From NCBI RefSeq assembly GCF_028641065.1, contig NC_073400.1:29388001-29452000 (forward strand): a DNA stretch of 64,000 bases, given 5' to 3'. How positions within the stretch are numbered: position 1 is the stretch's first letter; each line of letters begins with the position of its first letter. This document shows positions 48,801-60,168 of this stretch, piece after piece. The DNA comes from Leucoraja erinacea. Taxonomy: Eukaryota. The notes below the pieces were generated by a model. The model searched no databases and had not been told where the DNA came from. It saw only the letters and a list, made by a program, of their open reading frames with translations. Position numbers and translations under genes: made by a program.

Positions 48801-51800
48801 CTGTCCACGTTTCCCATTTGTTTCCACTACATGTGTACACTGGCGACTTGTCTCACGACACCAGTATTTTGTGTGTGAGCGGTACACTGCTGCATAGTGA
48901 CAATCGATTGTGATCGCTCTTCCCACAATCCCTCTTACTTCGCTCTCCGCCCACAGTGCACCTGCAACTGAAGGAAACATCTTTCATAAATTGAAGAGCA
49001 AAATTAGCCTTTCACAAACATATACATTAGAGTATAATGTACAGGGGAGTCTGCCCACTCTATTTCTTAACTCTGTTGAATTCCACCTAGATTGCGATGA
49101 GAGACAGATACTATACACCGTCCCTCACCATCTGCACAGGTCGTTCCAAAGCGCTTCCCAGCCAATGTGGGTGTGAATGGTGAAGAATGATGTATTGAAG
49201 ATGGAGCCTGTTGCAATTGGAAGGCGCTGTCTAGGGAGTCTTGGTCAGTTGCTGCAGTGCATCGTGCAGATGGTGCAAACTGCTGCTGCTCTGCATCAGC
49301 GGGCGAGGTTGAGGATGGGGTGTCTATCATGCGCGATTCTGGGTCATGACAAACCAAACACAAGTGTTCGGCGAAATTGTAGCCTAGGCCAGTGCTTCTT
49401 AAACTGATGAATGGTTCACCCAAGGGCGAATAAAATTATTTTGGGGTAAATTAGTTAATTTATGTTTTTTGCTCATGTGACAAAATCAATTATCAATACA
49501 ATTATGCACAAAGGAAAATACGATGATAATAACCAAAAGAACATAAGAACATTTAGTGGAGGGTGAATTAAATTTTGTAATAAAGACTCAAGGGTGAATG
49601 ACTCTGTAATAGTTTAAGAAGAACTGGCCTTGTATAAAATTGGTCTCGCTGATGTAAACCATTCACACTCTCTTCGGGACTTCCAATCTGAGCGTCTCCA
49701 CACCTACAGGGACGTTCTTTTCAAAATTATCTTTGACAAAAGTAAGGGTTATACTTGATGGAGTGACGGCCAAGTAGATTCCAATTTAATTTTGTGAGAT
49801 TACTGGAGTTTTACACAAATTAACAGAGTTAAAATCATGAACATGATCATGAAATTGTACATCCTTGGTTATAACTGATGATGGATCCAAACAGACTGAA
49901 TTTGGTTTCTTTCTCTGTCTCAAAGTGCGGCAGCCAGAAAATAATTTTGATGGAATGCACTCAACCCGCAGTTATTTCTCTCATTTGCTGAAATTTCTCA
50001 CCACCTCCCAGGTGAAAGCAACAGGCAATCATTTACCAGTCCCCCAAACAAACTCTCGCATTTTACACCATGAGCTCCCGGTGGCTGCAATGATGCCGTC
50101 TGCAAATAACAAGAAATCCATGAACATCACCACAAGGTGAATGAATAGCAGCAGGTTCAGGGACACGAGAAGAACACTCACCTGCATTGTTGATTTCTGT
50201 CACATAACTGCACGTTCCTGCTCCTTTGAAGACTTTCACGTTGAGTATTTCACTGGATTTTGTCCCACGATTATTTGAGGCTCTGCAGTAATATTGACGG
50301 TGTTGACCTTCGAGGATTTCACAACTCAGATCCAGTTGATTGCCAGAAACGGTAGTTGAAACCCAATGCTCATTCTTCTCAAACCATGTGTAATGGATGG
50401 GAAGGGATCCACGGACAGACTCACACGACACTGACACTGAGCCTCCGAGATGTGAGGCATTTGCTGGTGACAGATATCTGAGCACAGGAGCAGACATGGG
50501 TTCTGTGGGAATGGAGCAAACATTCAGTCACCTGTATGAACAGTTAAAAACCAAACACATGCTAAATCTCAGCAGCCCTTTATCTCAGCCCGAACCGTCC
50601 GGTTGATATCTCACCGGCTCATCTACATCTCTGTGAGTGTGCGAAGCCCAGAAACTGAAGAAGGTTAGAGTTATAGAGAACCGAAAGATGCCCATCACAA
50701 CAGCTCATTTATGCCGACCAACATGTCTTTCTGGACCATTTCCATATGTCCACGTTTCTCCCTTATCACTCGCAATGATCCCAATCTACGCAAATATCAA
50801 AAAAATATTTTAAATGCTGCTATTCTAACTGCCTTAACACCTTCCCCTGGCAGCAGGTTCCATATAAATATCACCCAATGTGTGGAAAATGTTGTCCCTC
50901 AGAACATATGTTGGGATGTTACGTCCCTTTAAGATAGACACAAAATGCAGGAGTAACTCGGCGGATTAGGCAGCATCTTTCGAGAGAAGGAATGGGTGAC
51001 GTTTCGAATCGTGACCCTTCTTCAGCCTGAGAATCATGAGAAAGGGAGACAGAAGAGAAATTGAAGGGTACGGTGTGAAAACAGGTGATCAAAGGTGAAA
51101 ATGTTTTTCAAAAATGTAGAATGGATCATTGTCAGCTGAAGGGAAGGCATAGAATCAGTAAAATATAATCTGGAGGGCAGTGAAAATAATTGGAGGATTC
51201 GGATGGGGCGGGATGGAGACAGGAGTAAAGCAAGGGTTACTTGAAGTTAGAGAAGTCAATATTCAAACCGCTGGGTTGTAAGCTGCCCAAGCGAAATATG
51301 AGGCACTGTTCCTCCAATTTGCTTTTGGCCTCACTCTGCAGGGGAGGAGGTCCGGGACAGAAAGATCAGTTTGGGAATGGGAGGGGGAATAAAGGTGTTT
51401 TGCAATCGGGATGTAGCGCAGGCCGAGGAACACTGTGCGGAATTGTTCAGCGAAACGATCGCCGAGCCTGCGTTGGGTCTCCCATCTACTGTATCCGCTT
51501 GTTCACACCTGGAACAGCGGATATAGTAGAGGAGGTTAGAAGAGATGCAAGTGAACCTCTGACTCACCCGGAAATACTGTTGGAGCCTTGGACGGAGTAG
51601 AAGCGGGATATATAGGGACTGGTGTTGCATCTCCTGCAGTTGTAGGGGAAGGTATCTGGGGACGGGGTGGGAAAGGACGAGTTGACCAGGGAGTTGCGGA
51701 GTCTGTCGGGTTATTAGTTTGAGTCGGAATGCAAACCTCTGACAGGGTGACATTTCATACAGTTCAGAGGCAGGGAAATGTGCTGAGCATCCCACTTGAA

Positions 51801-54800
51801 GTGGGTGGCCGCTCAGTGGGACAGAGCCGGCACTGGGTGAGAGCAACATGAGTGGGGTTTCCCGACCCCCGCCCGCTCCCCGCAGGTCTCTGCACTGCTG
51901 CGGAGCCTCGGGATATCGGTGCTGCCCTGACCCTTCCCGGAGAGAACATAGATAAGGCATTTCAGTGGAGACGTCAAGTCAATCGCTGCGAAACGTACCG
52001 TCAGATACTTGGAGATGTACGTTAAATATTGGACGGTCGCCAGGTGTAGTAATTCCACAGCTGTACCATCCTGTATCTCCAGGGTGAAGATCCTTCACAG
52101 TCACAGCAAATATTCTTAGTGCCGGTATATCTGTGATTGACACTCTTCCACTCCGTCCGTTTTGCCCATTTGTTTCCACTGAAACTCTACATGGGCGATT
52201 CCTCCCACGGCACCAGTATTTTGTGCGTGAGCGGTACGCTGCTGCATAGTGACAATCGATTGTGATCGCTCTTCCCACAACTCCACTTACATCCCTCTCT
52301 GCCCACACTGCATCTGAAACTGAGGGGAGAAACTTTCAGATCAACCACAGATCAAACAACACTTGTTCCTCACTGGGATTATTAGTTTGAGTCTGAATGC
52401 AAATTTCTGACGGGTGACATTTCATACAGTTCAGAGGAAGGGAAATGCGCTGAGTATTCCACTTGAAGTGAAAAGTGAAGTTAAATCCCACTTTTCAAGA
52501 AAGGAGCGAGAGAAAACAGGAAATTACAGAGCAGTTAGCCTGACTTCTGTGCGGGAAAGATGCCGGAGTCAATTATTAAAGAGGTAATAATGGGGCATTT
52601 GGATAGCAGTAAAATAATTAGTCCAAGTCAGCATGGATTTATGAAAGGAAAATCATGCCTGACTAATCTTCTGGACTTTTTTGAGGATGTGGCAAGTAAA
52701 ATGGACGAAGGTGCGCCAGTGAATGTAGTGTATCTAGACTTCAAGAAATCCTTTGATAAGGTTCCGCACGGGAGACTGGTGACTAAAATGAGAGCGCATG
52801 GAAGGGTGTTGACGTGGATAGAAAATTGGTTGGCAGACAGGAAGCAAAGAGTAGGAGTGAACGGGTCCTTTTCAGAATGGCGGGAAGTGGCGAGTCAGTG
52901 GAGACGACAAGTCAATCGCTGCGAAACGTACCGTCAGATACATGGAGTTCTACGGTAAACATTGGGCGGCCGTTAGATGTTGCAATTCCACATCTGTACC
53001 ACCCTGTATCGCCAGAGAGAAGATCCTCCACAGTCACAGTAAATATTCCTCGTTCCGGGCTATCGGTGATTGACACTCTTCCACTCCTTCCGCGTAGCCC
53101 AATTGTTTCCACCATATCTGTACATTGGCGATTCTGCACACGGCACCAGTATTTTGTGTGTAAGCGGTACTCTGCTGCATACTGACAATCGATTGCAATC
53201 GCACTTCCCACAACTCCTCTTACATACGTCTCTCCCCACACTGCACCTGAAACTGAAGGGGAGAAACTTTCAGATGGAGAGCAAATTAACAGTTTAGTGG
53301 AAATAGATACATTTTGAAGATTACATGAAAGAAAACTTAAATAGTTCCATGATGTGTCATATTGCTTCACGGCCAATGTCTCCGGTCTGAAGTGCAGGCA
53401 GTGCTGTTATTCTACCAGTTGTGTCAGTGTTCTGTCCCCGGGTCAGTACAATTAGGGTTCACTTCCCACTCCAGATCCCTGAGCAGAAACTGGGCTGGGA
53501 TCGCAGTGCAGTGCTGAGGGAGCGCGGCAGTGTTGCAGGAGCTGCCTTTCAACAATCCCAGGCGGTTTCTGGCCTCTCACCCCACGAAAGACCCCACTTT
53601 GCTATTTCATTGGCGGTGACAATTTCTTCACAGCAGTTATCAGGCATCTGAATCATCCTACCACGCCCAGAGATCTGTCCTGAACTCCCATCTACCTCTT
53701 TGACGACCCTCGGACCACCCTTGATCGGACTTTGCCGCCTTTACCTTACACTAAACGTTATTTAATATTCATGTATCTATGCACTGTAGGAGAATCGATT
53801 GTAATCCTGTATTGTCTTTCTGCTGGAGACGTCAATCAATCGCTGCGAAACGTACCGTCAGATACTTCGAGATGAACATTTAATATTGGATGGTCGGCAG
53901 ATGTCTTAATTCCACATCTGTACCATCCTGTATCTCCATCCTGAAGATCGTCCACAGTCACAGTAAATATTCCTCGTGCCGGGTTATCTGTGATTGACAA
54001 TCTTCCACTACGTCCGTGTTGCTCATTTGTTTCCACCAAAACTGTACATTGGAGACTCATCCCACGGCACCAGTATTTTGTGTGTGAGCGGTACTCTGCT
54101 GCATAGTAACAATCGATTGTGGTCGCCGTTCCCACAACTCCTCTTACATCCCGCTTTGCCCACACTGCACCTGAAACTGAGGGGAGAAACTTTCAGATGG
54201 AGAGCAATGAACTGTTTAATGGAAATAGATACATTTTGAAGATTACTTCTTCATATAAACTACTTCATCGCCTCCAATGCATTCAGAACTCAGCAGCCCG
54301 GATCATCACCCGCACCAGATCATCGGACCACATCACAACCATCCTCACTCAGCTCCACTGGCTCCCTGTGCACCACCGGATTAACTACAAGAATTTACTG
54401 CTGACCTTCAAAGCCCTAGACCACCTTGCTCCCCAATACCTCTCTGACCTGCTGCTACCATACACTCCTTCCCGGTCACTTCGTTCCTCCTCATCTGCAA
54501 TTTTAACTGACCCCACATTTAGACTCAGCACAATGGTTGCCAGAGCCTTTGGCTGCTCTGCCCCACGTCTCTGGAACATTCTCCCACCTCCCTTCCGTCA
54601 CCTGGACACTATCGATCAATTCAAATCACAACTCAAAACACACCTGTTTAGATTAGCATACCCGACATAACTTCCACCATGTTCACCCTGATTTTAATGA
54701 CTTTAAATATTTTGTGTATTTTTTTGTTTTTTGTTTTTTGGCAACTTAATTTTAATATTGATAATTGTATTGTGATTTTATGTCCTGCAAGGTGTCCTTG

Positions 54801-54831
54801 GGTGTCGAGAGAGGCGCCAGCAAATAAAATG

Positions 54832-54881
<50 letters not shown>

Positions 54882-56419
54882 GAAAGAAAACTTAAATCGC
54901 CCCATGATGTGTCATATTGCTTCACGGCCAATGTCTCCGCTCTGAAGTGCAGGCAGTGCTGTTATTGTACCAGTTGTGTCAGTGTTCTGTCCCCGGTTCA
55001 GTACAATTTGGGTCCAGATCCCTGAGCAGAAACTGGGCTGGGATCGCAGTGCGGTACTGAGGGAGCGCGGCAGTGTTGCAGGAGCTGCCTTTCAACAATC
55101 CCAGGCGGTGCCCGGCCTCTCACGCCACAGAAAGACCCCACTTTGCTATTTAATTGGCGGTGCCGCCGGCTACGCTGCCAACATTCATCTCTCAACCGAC
55201 ACTGGGCAGGACCCGTGTTTTTTTTAATTATCAAATAATTTATTCAATTATTAAAAATAATATTTACACTACAATAAAACAAGAACCCAGCACCATAATA
55301 CAAGACAAACAAATATACTAAATACACTACTATACAACTATGTTACAATGCTTGTCAAGGATGTATTCAACCACAGGCGGTGCCCAGATGTCCCGGAAAG
55401 CCCCCAGGTGCCCGTGGACAGCGCCTGATCCTTCTCGAGTCCCACCCGGACGCAGAAAGCCGACCCGTGTTTACACATTCACCGCCGCCAATGCTTTCCA
55501 ACGCCCTGACTGAGGACAGAGGACGGACGAGTTACGGGTCCATTAACGGAGAGCGGGTCCATTAACGGAGAGCGTTAGTAGCGTGACAACGCACACCGCC
55601 AGATTCGGGGAATGTTTCTTCCCAGCTGTTATCAGACATCGGAATCATCCTCCCATAACCAGAGAGCAGTGCTGAACTATCTACCTCTTTGGTGACCCTC
55701 GGACTACCCTTGATCGGACTTTGCTGGCCTTACCTTACACTAAACGCTATTTCCCATGTAAGAGGATCGACTGTAATCATGTATCTGGCAGGTTAGCACG
55801 CAACAAAAAGCTTTTCTCTGTAACTCTGTACACGTGACAATAAAATGAACTTGGATTTCAGTACGACTGGGCCGCGGATCCGAGAGCGGATGGAGAGAGA
55901 GTTGGGAGTGGGTGGATAGAGCGAGGACAGTGGTTCAGTCTCAGACTCCGGGGAATTGTTGGGTTTGCGACAGAGTTGAGATGGACAAATGCAGGGAATA
56001 TTTGAACGGACACAATGAGTCCACAATCCTGACTTCCACCTCAGTTGTAAACACATTTTGTTAATGTAGAATTAACTTCCTGGTGATGTTGGAACCTCTG
56101 TCCTTCGGTCCAGGTGTCTTGGAGTATCTGCTCCAAATACATTCGCTATTTTATGCCTATAAACTACCATCAGGGTGCAATTAGACCTCGTGTTAACGGT
56201 TGTTAAACGACGAACATTGTCTAGATATTCAAATGTGGTTTCAGATCCATCCACACAATGCACTGAGTTCCATTTCCCCCATTACATGTCTACACACACT
56301 TAACCATCTCTGCTGTAGAAAGGGTGCACGGGACCCCAACTAACATTGATCATTGGAATATCAGGATCTGGCTTTCACTCACCCGGCAGCGAGGAGATGA
56401 GAAGAATGGAAATCCACAT
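39592..56419 (-). CDS. Gene C: inhibitory CD300/pIgR-like (MDIR-like) receptor with six Ig domains; 11 coding exons, 803 aa
   Basis: Exons 56383-56419, 53856-54176, 52932-53252, 51999-52319, 50182-50502, 48650-48967, 46082-46402, 44763-44811, 42247-42335, 40226-40272 and 39592-39858. Internal boundaries are AG/GT and phases are compatible. Total 2412 nt, open to TAG. Confidence 0.8.
40226..40272 (-). CDS. Gene C cytoplasmic exon 1 (ESKYNTSHGEDNDETQ)
   Basis: ttttccag acceptor, CAG|gtaac donor; phase 1 to 0 links the TM exon to the terminal exon. Confidence 0.75.
40990..41638 (-). mobile_element. CR1 ORF2 internal fragment
   Basis: LHPRVLKEVA ... DWRVANVTPLFKK ... GNYRPVSLTS. Confidence 0.9.
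42247..42335 (-). CDS. Gene C transmembrane exon (IIYIVASGVTVLFLILIIAFFWYQKRKTK)
   Basis: Uncharged hydrophobic helix followed by a basic stop-transfer stretch; phase 2 to 1; donor G|gtgagt. Confidence 0.88.
43925..44535 (+). mobile_element. Penelope-like fragment with terminal repeat
   Basis: Homologous to the reverse complement of 21460-22020. Confidence 0.75.
44763..44811 (-). CDS. Gene C stalk exon (GLEYSCETSKESNDSSR)
   Basis: 49 nt; ttccaacag acceptor, AG|gtaaaa donor; phase 1 to 2 exactly bridges the C2 and TM exons; paralog at 25148-25196. Confidence 0.8.
46082..46402 (-). CDS. Gene C C2/I-set Ig exon 2
   Basis: EPVSVPVLG ... QYYCTASN ... FNGT; 321 nt; donor G|gtaagt. Confidence 0.9.
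47242..47935 (-). mobile_element. L1-clade LINE 3' fragment with a 14-bp TSD
   Basis: CTCGCGTGATTTTT at 47228-47241 and 47936-47949; ELIIFG ... LITAKKRIL; T-rich 3' UTR. Confidence 0.75.
48650..48967 (-). CDS. Gene C V-set Ig exon V4
   Basis: Open 318-nt phase 1-1 exon; KYWCRETSRQC, DTGWYKC; donor G|gtaggt. Confidence 0.9.
50182..50502 (-). CDS. Gene C C2/I-set Ig exon 1
   Basis: cag|AA CCC ATG ... GCA G|gtgagt; VSCES, GSLPIHYTW, QYYCRASN (FcR-like C2 pattern); 321 nt. Confidence 0.88.
50933..51700 (-). mobile_element. Penelope-like fragment (degenerate GIY-YIG)
   Basis: FRVSQRFTCISSNLLYYIRCSRC; terminal ctgaagaaggg ... gaaacgtcacc. Confidence 0.78.
51999..52319 (-). CDS. Gene C V-set Ig exon V3
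   Basis: Open 321-nt phase 1-1 exon; KYWCRGRNRPC, DTGWYSC. Confidence 0.9.
52478..52895 (+). mobile_element. CR1 RT fragment between V2 and V3
   Basis: SQHGFMKGKSCLTNLLDFFE ... VVYLDFKKSFDKVPH. Confidence 0.9.
52932..53252 (-). CDS. Gene C V-set Ig exon V2
   Basis: Open 321-nt phase 1-1 exon; KYWCRVQNRQC, DTGWYRC. Confidence 0.9.
53856..54176 (-). CDS. Gene C V-set Ig exon V1
   Basis: cag|TT TCA GGT GCA GTG TGG ... GAC G|gtacgt; motifs IDC, KYWC, second C-C' Cys, DTGWYRC; 321 nt, phase 1-1. Confidence 0.9.
54247..54881 (+). mobile_element. L2-type LINE 3' fragment with a (TAT)n tail
   Basis: LQCIQNSAARIIT ... HIT ... LHWLPV ... RSLRSS; the empty site is visible at about 53320-53335. Confidence 0.88.
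55221..55461 (-). mobile_element. Short Tx1/L1-like 3' fragment with an 11-bp TSD
   Basis: GACCCGTGTTT at 55210-55220 and 55462-55472; poly(A) tail; empty site near 17200 and 28630. Confidence 0.7.
56383..56419 (-). CDS. Gene C leader exon (MWISILLISSLP)
   Basis: ATG plus 12 mostly hydrophobic codons, then G|GTGAGT (phase 1); paralogous to 19410-19446 and 30849-30885. Confidence 0.85.
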
Positions 56420-56520
56420 TGTTTTATCCAGTGACAAGGCCAGCACTTGTCTGTCTGTCGCTCAGTTCTGAGCTTTCAGATACAACCCCGTCTCTCAAAT
56501 AGCAATGACTTAGAAGGGAA

Positions 56521-56544
56521 CAGGAAGTAAGATCGTGAACCACA
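56521..56544 (-). promoter_or_regulatory. ETS plus RUNX motif pair upstream of the gene C leader
   Basis: Both motifs retained although adjacent bases differ from genes A and B. Confidence 0.5.
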
Positions 56545-58621
56545 GCGAGCCAGCAGCAGCTCGACACGATGTAGTGTGAAAGGCTCAGGGTTATATTTAG
56601 CAAATGGTTGGGTCAGATGATCACAGAGTCATACGTCACGGAAACAGGCCCATCTCCCCAAATCGTTAGACCAATATGCTCATCTAAGTTGGTCAAATTT
56701 GCCCACGCTCGACCCATATCTCCCCAAACCTTCCCTATCCATGGACCTGTCCAAGTGCCCGTTCCATGTTGTTATTGCAGCTGCTTCAGCCACTTCGTCA
56801 AGTGTGATGTATCGGTAAGGATGGAGCGGCGGTTATCTCTGTACTCAGAGTCTGTTAACACTGAACTGTGGTGGAAATGTTGACAGACAAAAAAAAATGC
56901 AGGAGCAACTCTGCGGGCCCGTCAGCACCTCTGGAGAAAATGGATAGATGACGTTTCGGGTCGGGACCCTTCGTGTAAACAATGATACCTTGTATAAAAT
57001 ATGACAATTAGAAGAGTAAAAATTAGGTTCCACTGCACTGTTTTGTACTGTATTAACTTCTAATGAAATAAACAAAAAAAAAAGAAGAATAAAAACGGCT
57101 AAGATGTGTACACTTCCGGATCATTCCCATTTGATGATTTTGTAAGTGGACCGGCAGACCAAAAACATGGAACGTTTGTTTTGGCATATTGCTGAAGTGA
57201 TACACGTAGTGAAGTTAAAGCAATTAGAATATGCCCGGTGAATTGAATTGTTAACTTGTCTTCTTCACAAGTGCTGATAAATTATCAGAGTTGTGGTCAT
57301 GTACATTCCATTGGTTGATTCTAGACATCTGCTTGCAACTATTTCATTCTGTAGGCAACGAGTTTCTTTATAATATGACTTAATATCTGCTGCGGGCTAT
57401 CGTTCTGGATGTGTTACTTTCAGGGGAACAGTACAGTTTATTCGGGTTGTGTAAGTCAGTGGCATTGTTGTGTATCACGTGGTATCGGTGTAACACACTG
57501 ATGTGTCCGCCACTGATGTTAGCTGAGCGCTGGCGACCCTCAGTAAATGATGTTTTGTTGGGAGTTATGTCCTGTTTACTTGCCCAACTAAAAACACTGC
57601 AGAGGGGAACCGACGATGCAACAAAACAATTTAATCCTGTCTTCATTCGCCATTGACCCATGACTTCTGCAAACACTGCTCAGCAATCAGTGTTACACCG
57701 AGCTGCTCGCAAGATGCGGTTCAGAGATACGAATCTACATACTCTTGTTTCAGCAGCGCGAGCAAAGTGTCAGCACTGCAGAACAATTCAGTGTAAAGGG
57801 AGAAATGACTGTTTGATCATATTAGATTCAAGTACATTGCAAGTCAGCACCCACCGCTAAACACAACAGTGGCATCGACCCGAAATGTCACCCGTTCTTT
57901 CCCTCGAGTGATGCCGCCCTTCCCGCGGAGTTGCTCCAGTATTTTGTGTATATCTGTGGCATCTCAGACCATTTATCTCTCATGATCTGAGAGGCACTTT
58001 GGGATGTCCTGCAGTGGGGAAATGATCCAACTCAAGATCATTCCTCCCATTAGACCATTAACAAGCTCTATTTGAACGGGCCAGGCAGCACCAATGTGAC
58101 CACAGAATCTGCAAGTATCTCTGGCTATTCAGCACCCCTCTGATATCCCTGACCTGGGGGTTTGTGAGTTCAAAGCAGTCTCTGGTCTAATTTCCGCGTC
58201 CCCCCGCTTACTGTGTGGATAATATTTATCTTTGTCAGTGGGACATTTTAGCAATCTTTGAATCTTTCCGAACTTTATGGCGGTTACTGTGTTATTGCAG
58301 GTCACCATTTTGTATTCGCAAACAACATCCTTCATAGTTCTTTCATGGGCGTGGTTACAGTCACGAGTCAGACTGAGGAAAGCAACACAATGTATTTGCA
58401 GTTTCACACCCCGCGCTTTGCAAGCTGCAACGTAACCATTTTGTTCTGCACAAGAATAGACTTTCCACTAGTTTAGTCTGGTTTAGTTTAGCTTAGTTTG
58501 GAGATACAGCGAAGAAAACGGCCCTTCGGCCCACCGAGTCCACACTGACCAGCAATCCCCGCACATTACACTACCCCACGCACACTGGGGACGATTTACA
58601 TTTATAGCATGCCAATTGCGT

Positions 58622-59063
58622 GGGGGGGGGGGGGGGGGGGGGGGGGTTGTTGGATTTAGAGGGAATGCAAGGGTTACTTGAAGTTAGAGAAGTCAACGTT
58701 CACACCGCTGGGGTATAACCAGCCCAAGCGAAATATGAGGTGCAGTTTCTCAAATTTGTGCGGCAACTTACTCTGACAATGGAGGATGCCCTGGACAGTA
58801 ATGTCAGTGTGGGAATGGGAGGGGGGAGTTACCGTGGCTAGCGACCGAGTTATCAGGTAGGGGCGGACTCAACGGAGGTGTTCAGCAAAACGATCGCCGA
58901 GAAGCGAGAACAATCGCAGGCTCAGCAATGGTTTCGCTGAACACCGCCGCTCAACCCGCCTAAACCTACCTGGTCTATCTACTGATGCCGCCTGCCACGC
59001 TGAGTTACCCCAGCAATTTACGTCTATCTTCAGTTTAAACCAGCATCTGCAGTTCCTTCCTAC
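58622..59063 (-). mobile_element. Penelope-like fragment (paralogous to the insertion at about 21800-22190)
   Basis: Same sequence and same position relative to the gene 3' end. Confidence 0.7.
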
Positions 59064-59301
59064 CTAAAAAATAGTTGCATATCGGCAATGAAATCTGCAC
59101 ATGTTGGATGTGCTTAGCGCGTCAGTCAGCGTATGTGCAGAGAAAAATAAGGCTAATAGTCAGAACAATGCCGTTGCATAATTTGGGTCTGATGGGATAG
59201 CATAGTCTGAAAGATTAATTGAATGTCTTCCCTAATCGCCTTTAATGTTTGGCAACAAGAGGAATATCCAGCAGTCTAATCAAAACAAATTAGACAAACC
59301 G

Positions 59302-59324
59302 TTTATTAACAACAACCATTTATT
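59302..59324 (-). terminator. Candidate polyadenylation signals, gene D
   Basis: Two AATAAA motifs on the minus strand. Confidence 0.45.
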
Positions 59325-59521
59325 AAGAAGCATTCTGTTGCATTATTATTCATTAATCTGTGGGGAAAAATCCAGGAAATTGTATGCATATAGTATGGTT
59401 TAACAGAGGATAAAACTCTGAAGCAGCAGAAACCACGCAAAGGTTAAAACAATAGTTCGAAGCTGACGAAAGAAACCTTGGAAGAGTTGGCAAAAATTAA
59501 GATGGTGCAAGCTAGGAGTCT

Positions 59522-59569
59522 TCATTGTAATTCGTGGGTCGAGTGGCGAGGTTCTGTGTCATCGCGTCT
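59522..59569 (-). CDS. Gene D terminal coding exon (RRDDTEPRHSTHELQ*)
   Basis: Paralog of 23251-23292. Confidence 0.72.
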   Translation of the reverse strand, partial: RRDDTEPRHSTHELQ

Positions 59570-60168
59570 CTGCAAAAGACAATGTGAAGTCATCAGACAG
59601 ACTGACAGTGGGAACCACGCTTTATTTGTCCTGGCCACTCCCAACACATTGCTGTCTGCAAGATGCTAACCCACGAATTAGTTACTCCAATGCCAACGAA
59701 CCCACACCGGGCACAGAAATCTACGCTGCACACGTACAACCTGACAGAACCTCGTGATATCATCCACATAGAGATTTGGTTTATCTTCAGGATATGAAAA
59801 CGTGCACGATTTTTGTTTCTATTGATGGACAGGATATATGAAAGCATTAATGAAAAACCGTTTGGAAACACTCGGCGAAGAGAAGGGATTGCTTTGGGCG
59901 AATCCCTTCTGGTGAATCTATGGATTTCATTGCCACAGGAGGCTGTGGAGGCCAAGTTAATTCATACCGGAGATGCTGCCTGTCCCGCTGAGCTACTCCA
60001 GCATTTTTGTATCTGTCCAAATCAATTGATATTTTTAAGGCGGAGATTTCCATTTTCTTGATAAATAAGGATGTCAATGGTTATGGGGAGAAGGCAGGTG
60101 AATGGGATCGAGAGAGAAGGATAGATCAGCCGTTATTGGGGGCCGATTAGATATGATGAGCTGAATGG

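Noticed and set aside
16481-54176. V exons as rearranging Ig/TCR/NAR V segments
   Set aside because: Each exon already includes the G strand and ends in a splice donor. I saw no heptamer-spacer-nonamer signal at their 3' ends and no J or C1 exons. The CACAGTG near 33745 is coding sequence.
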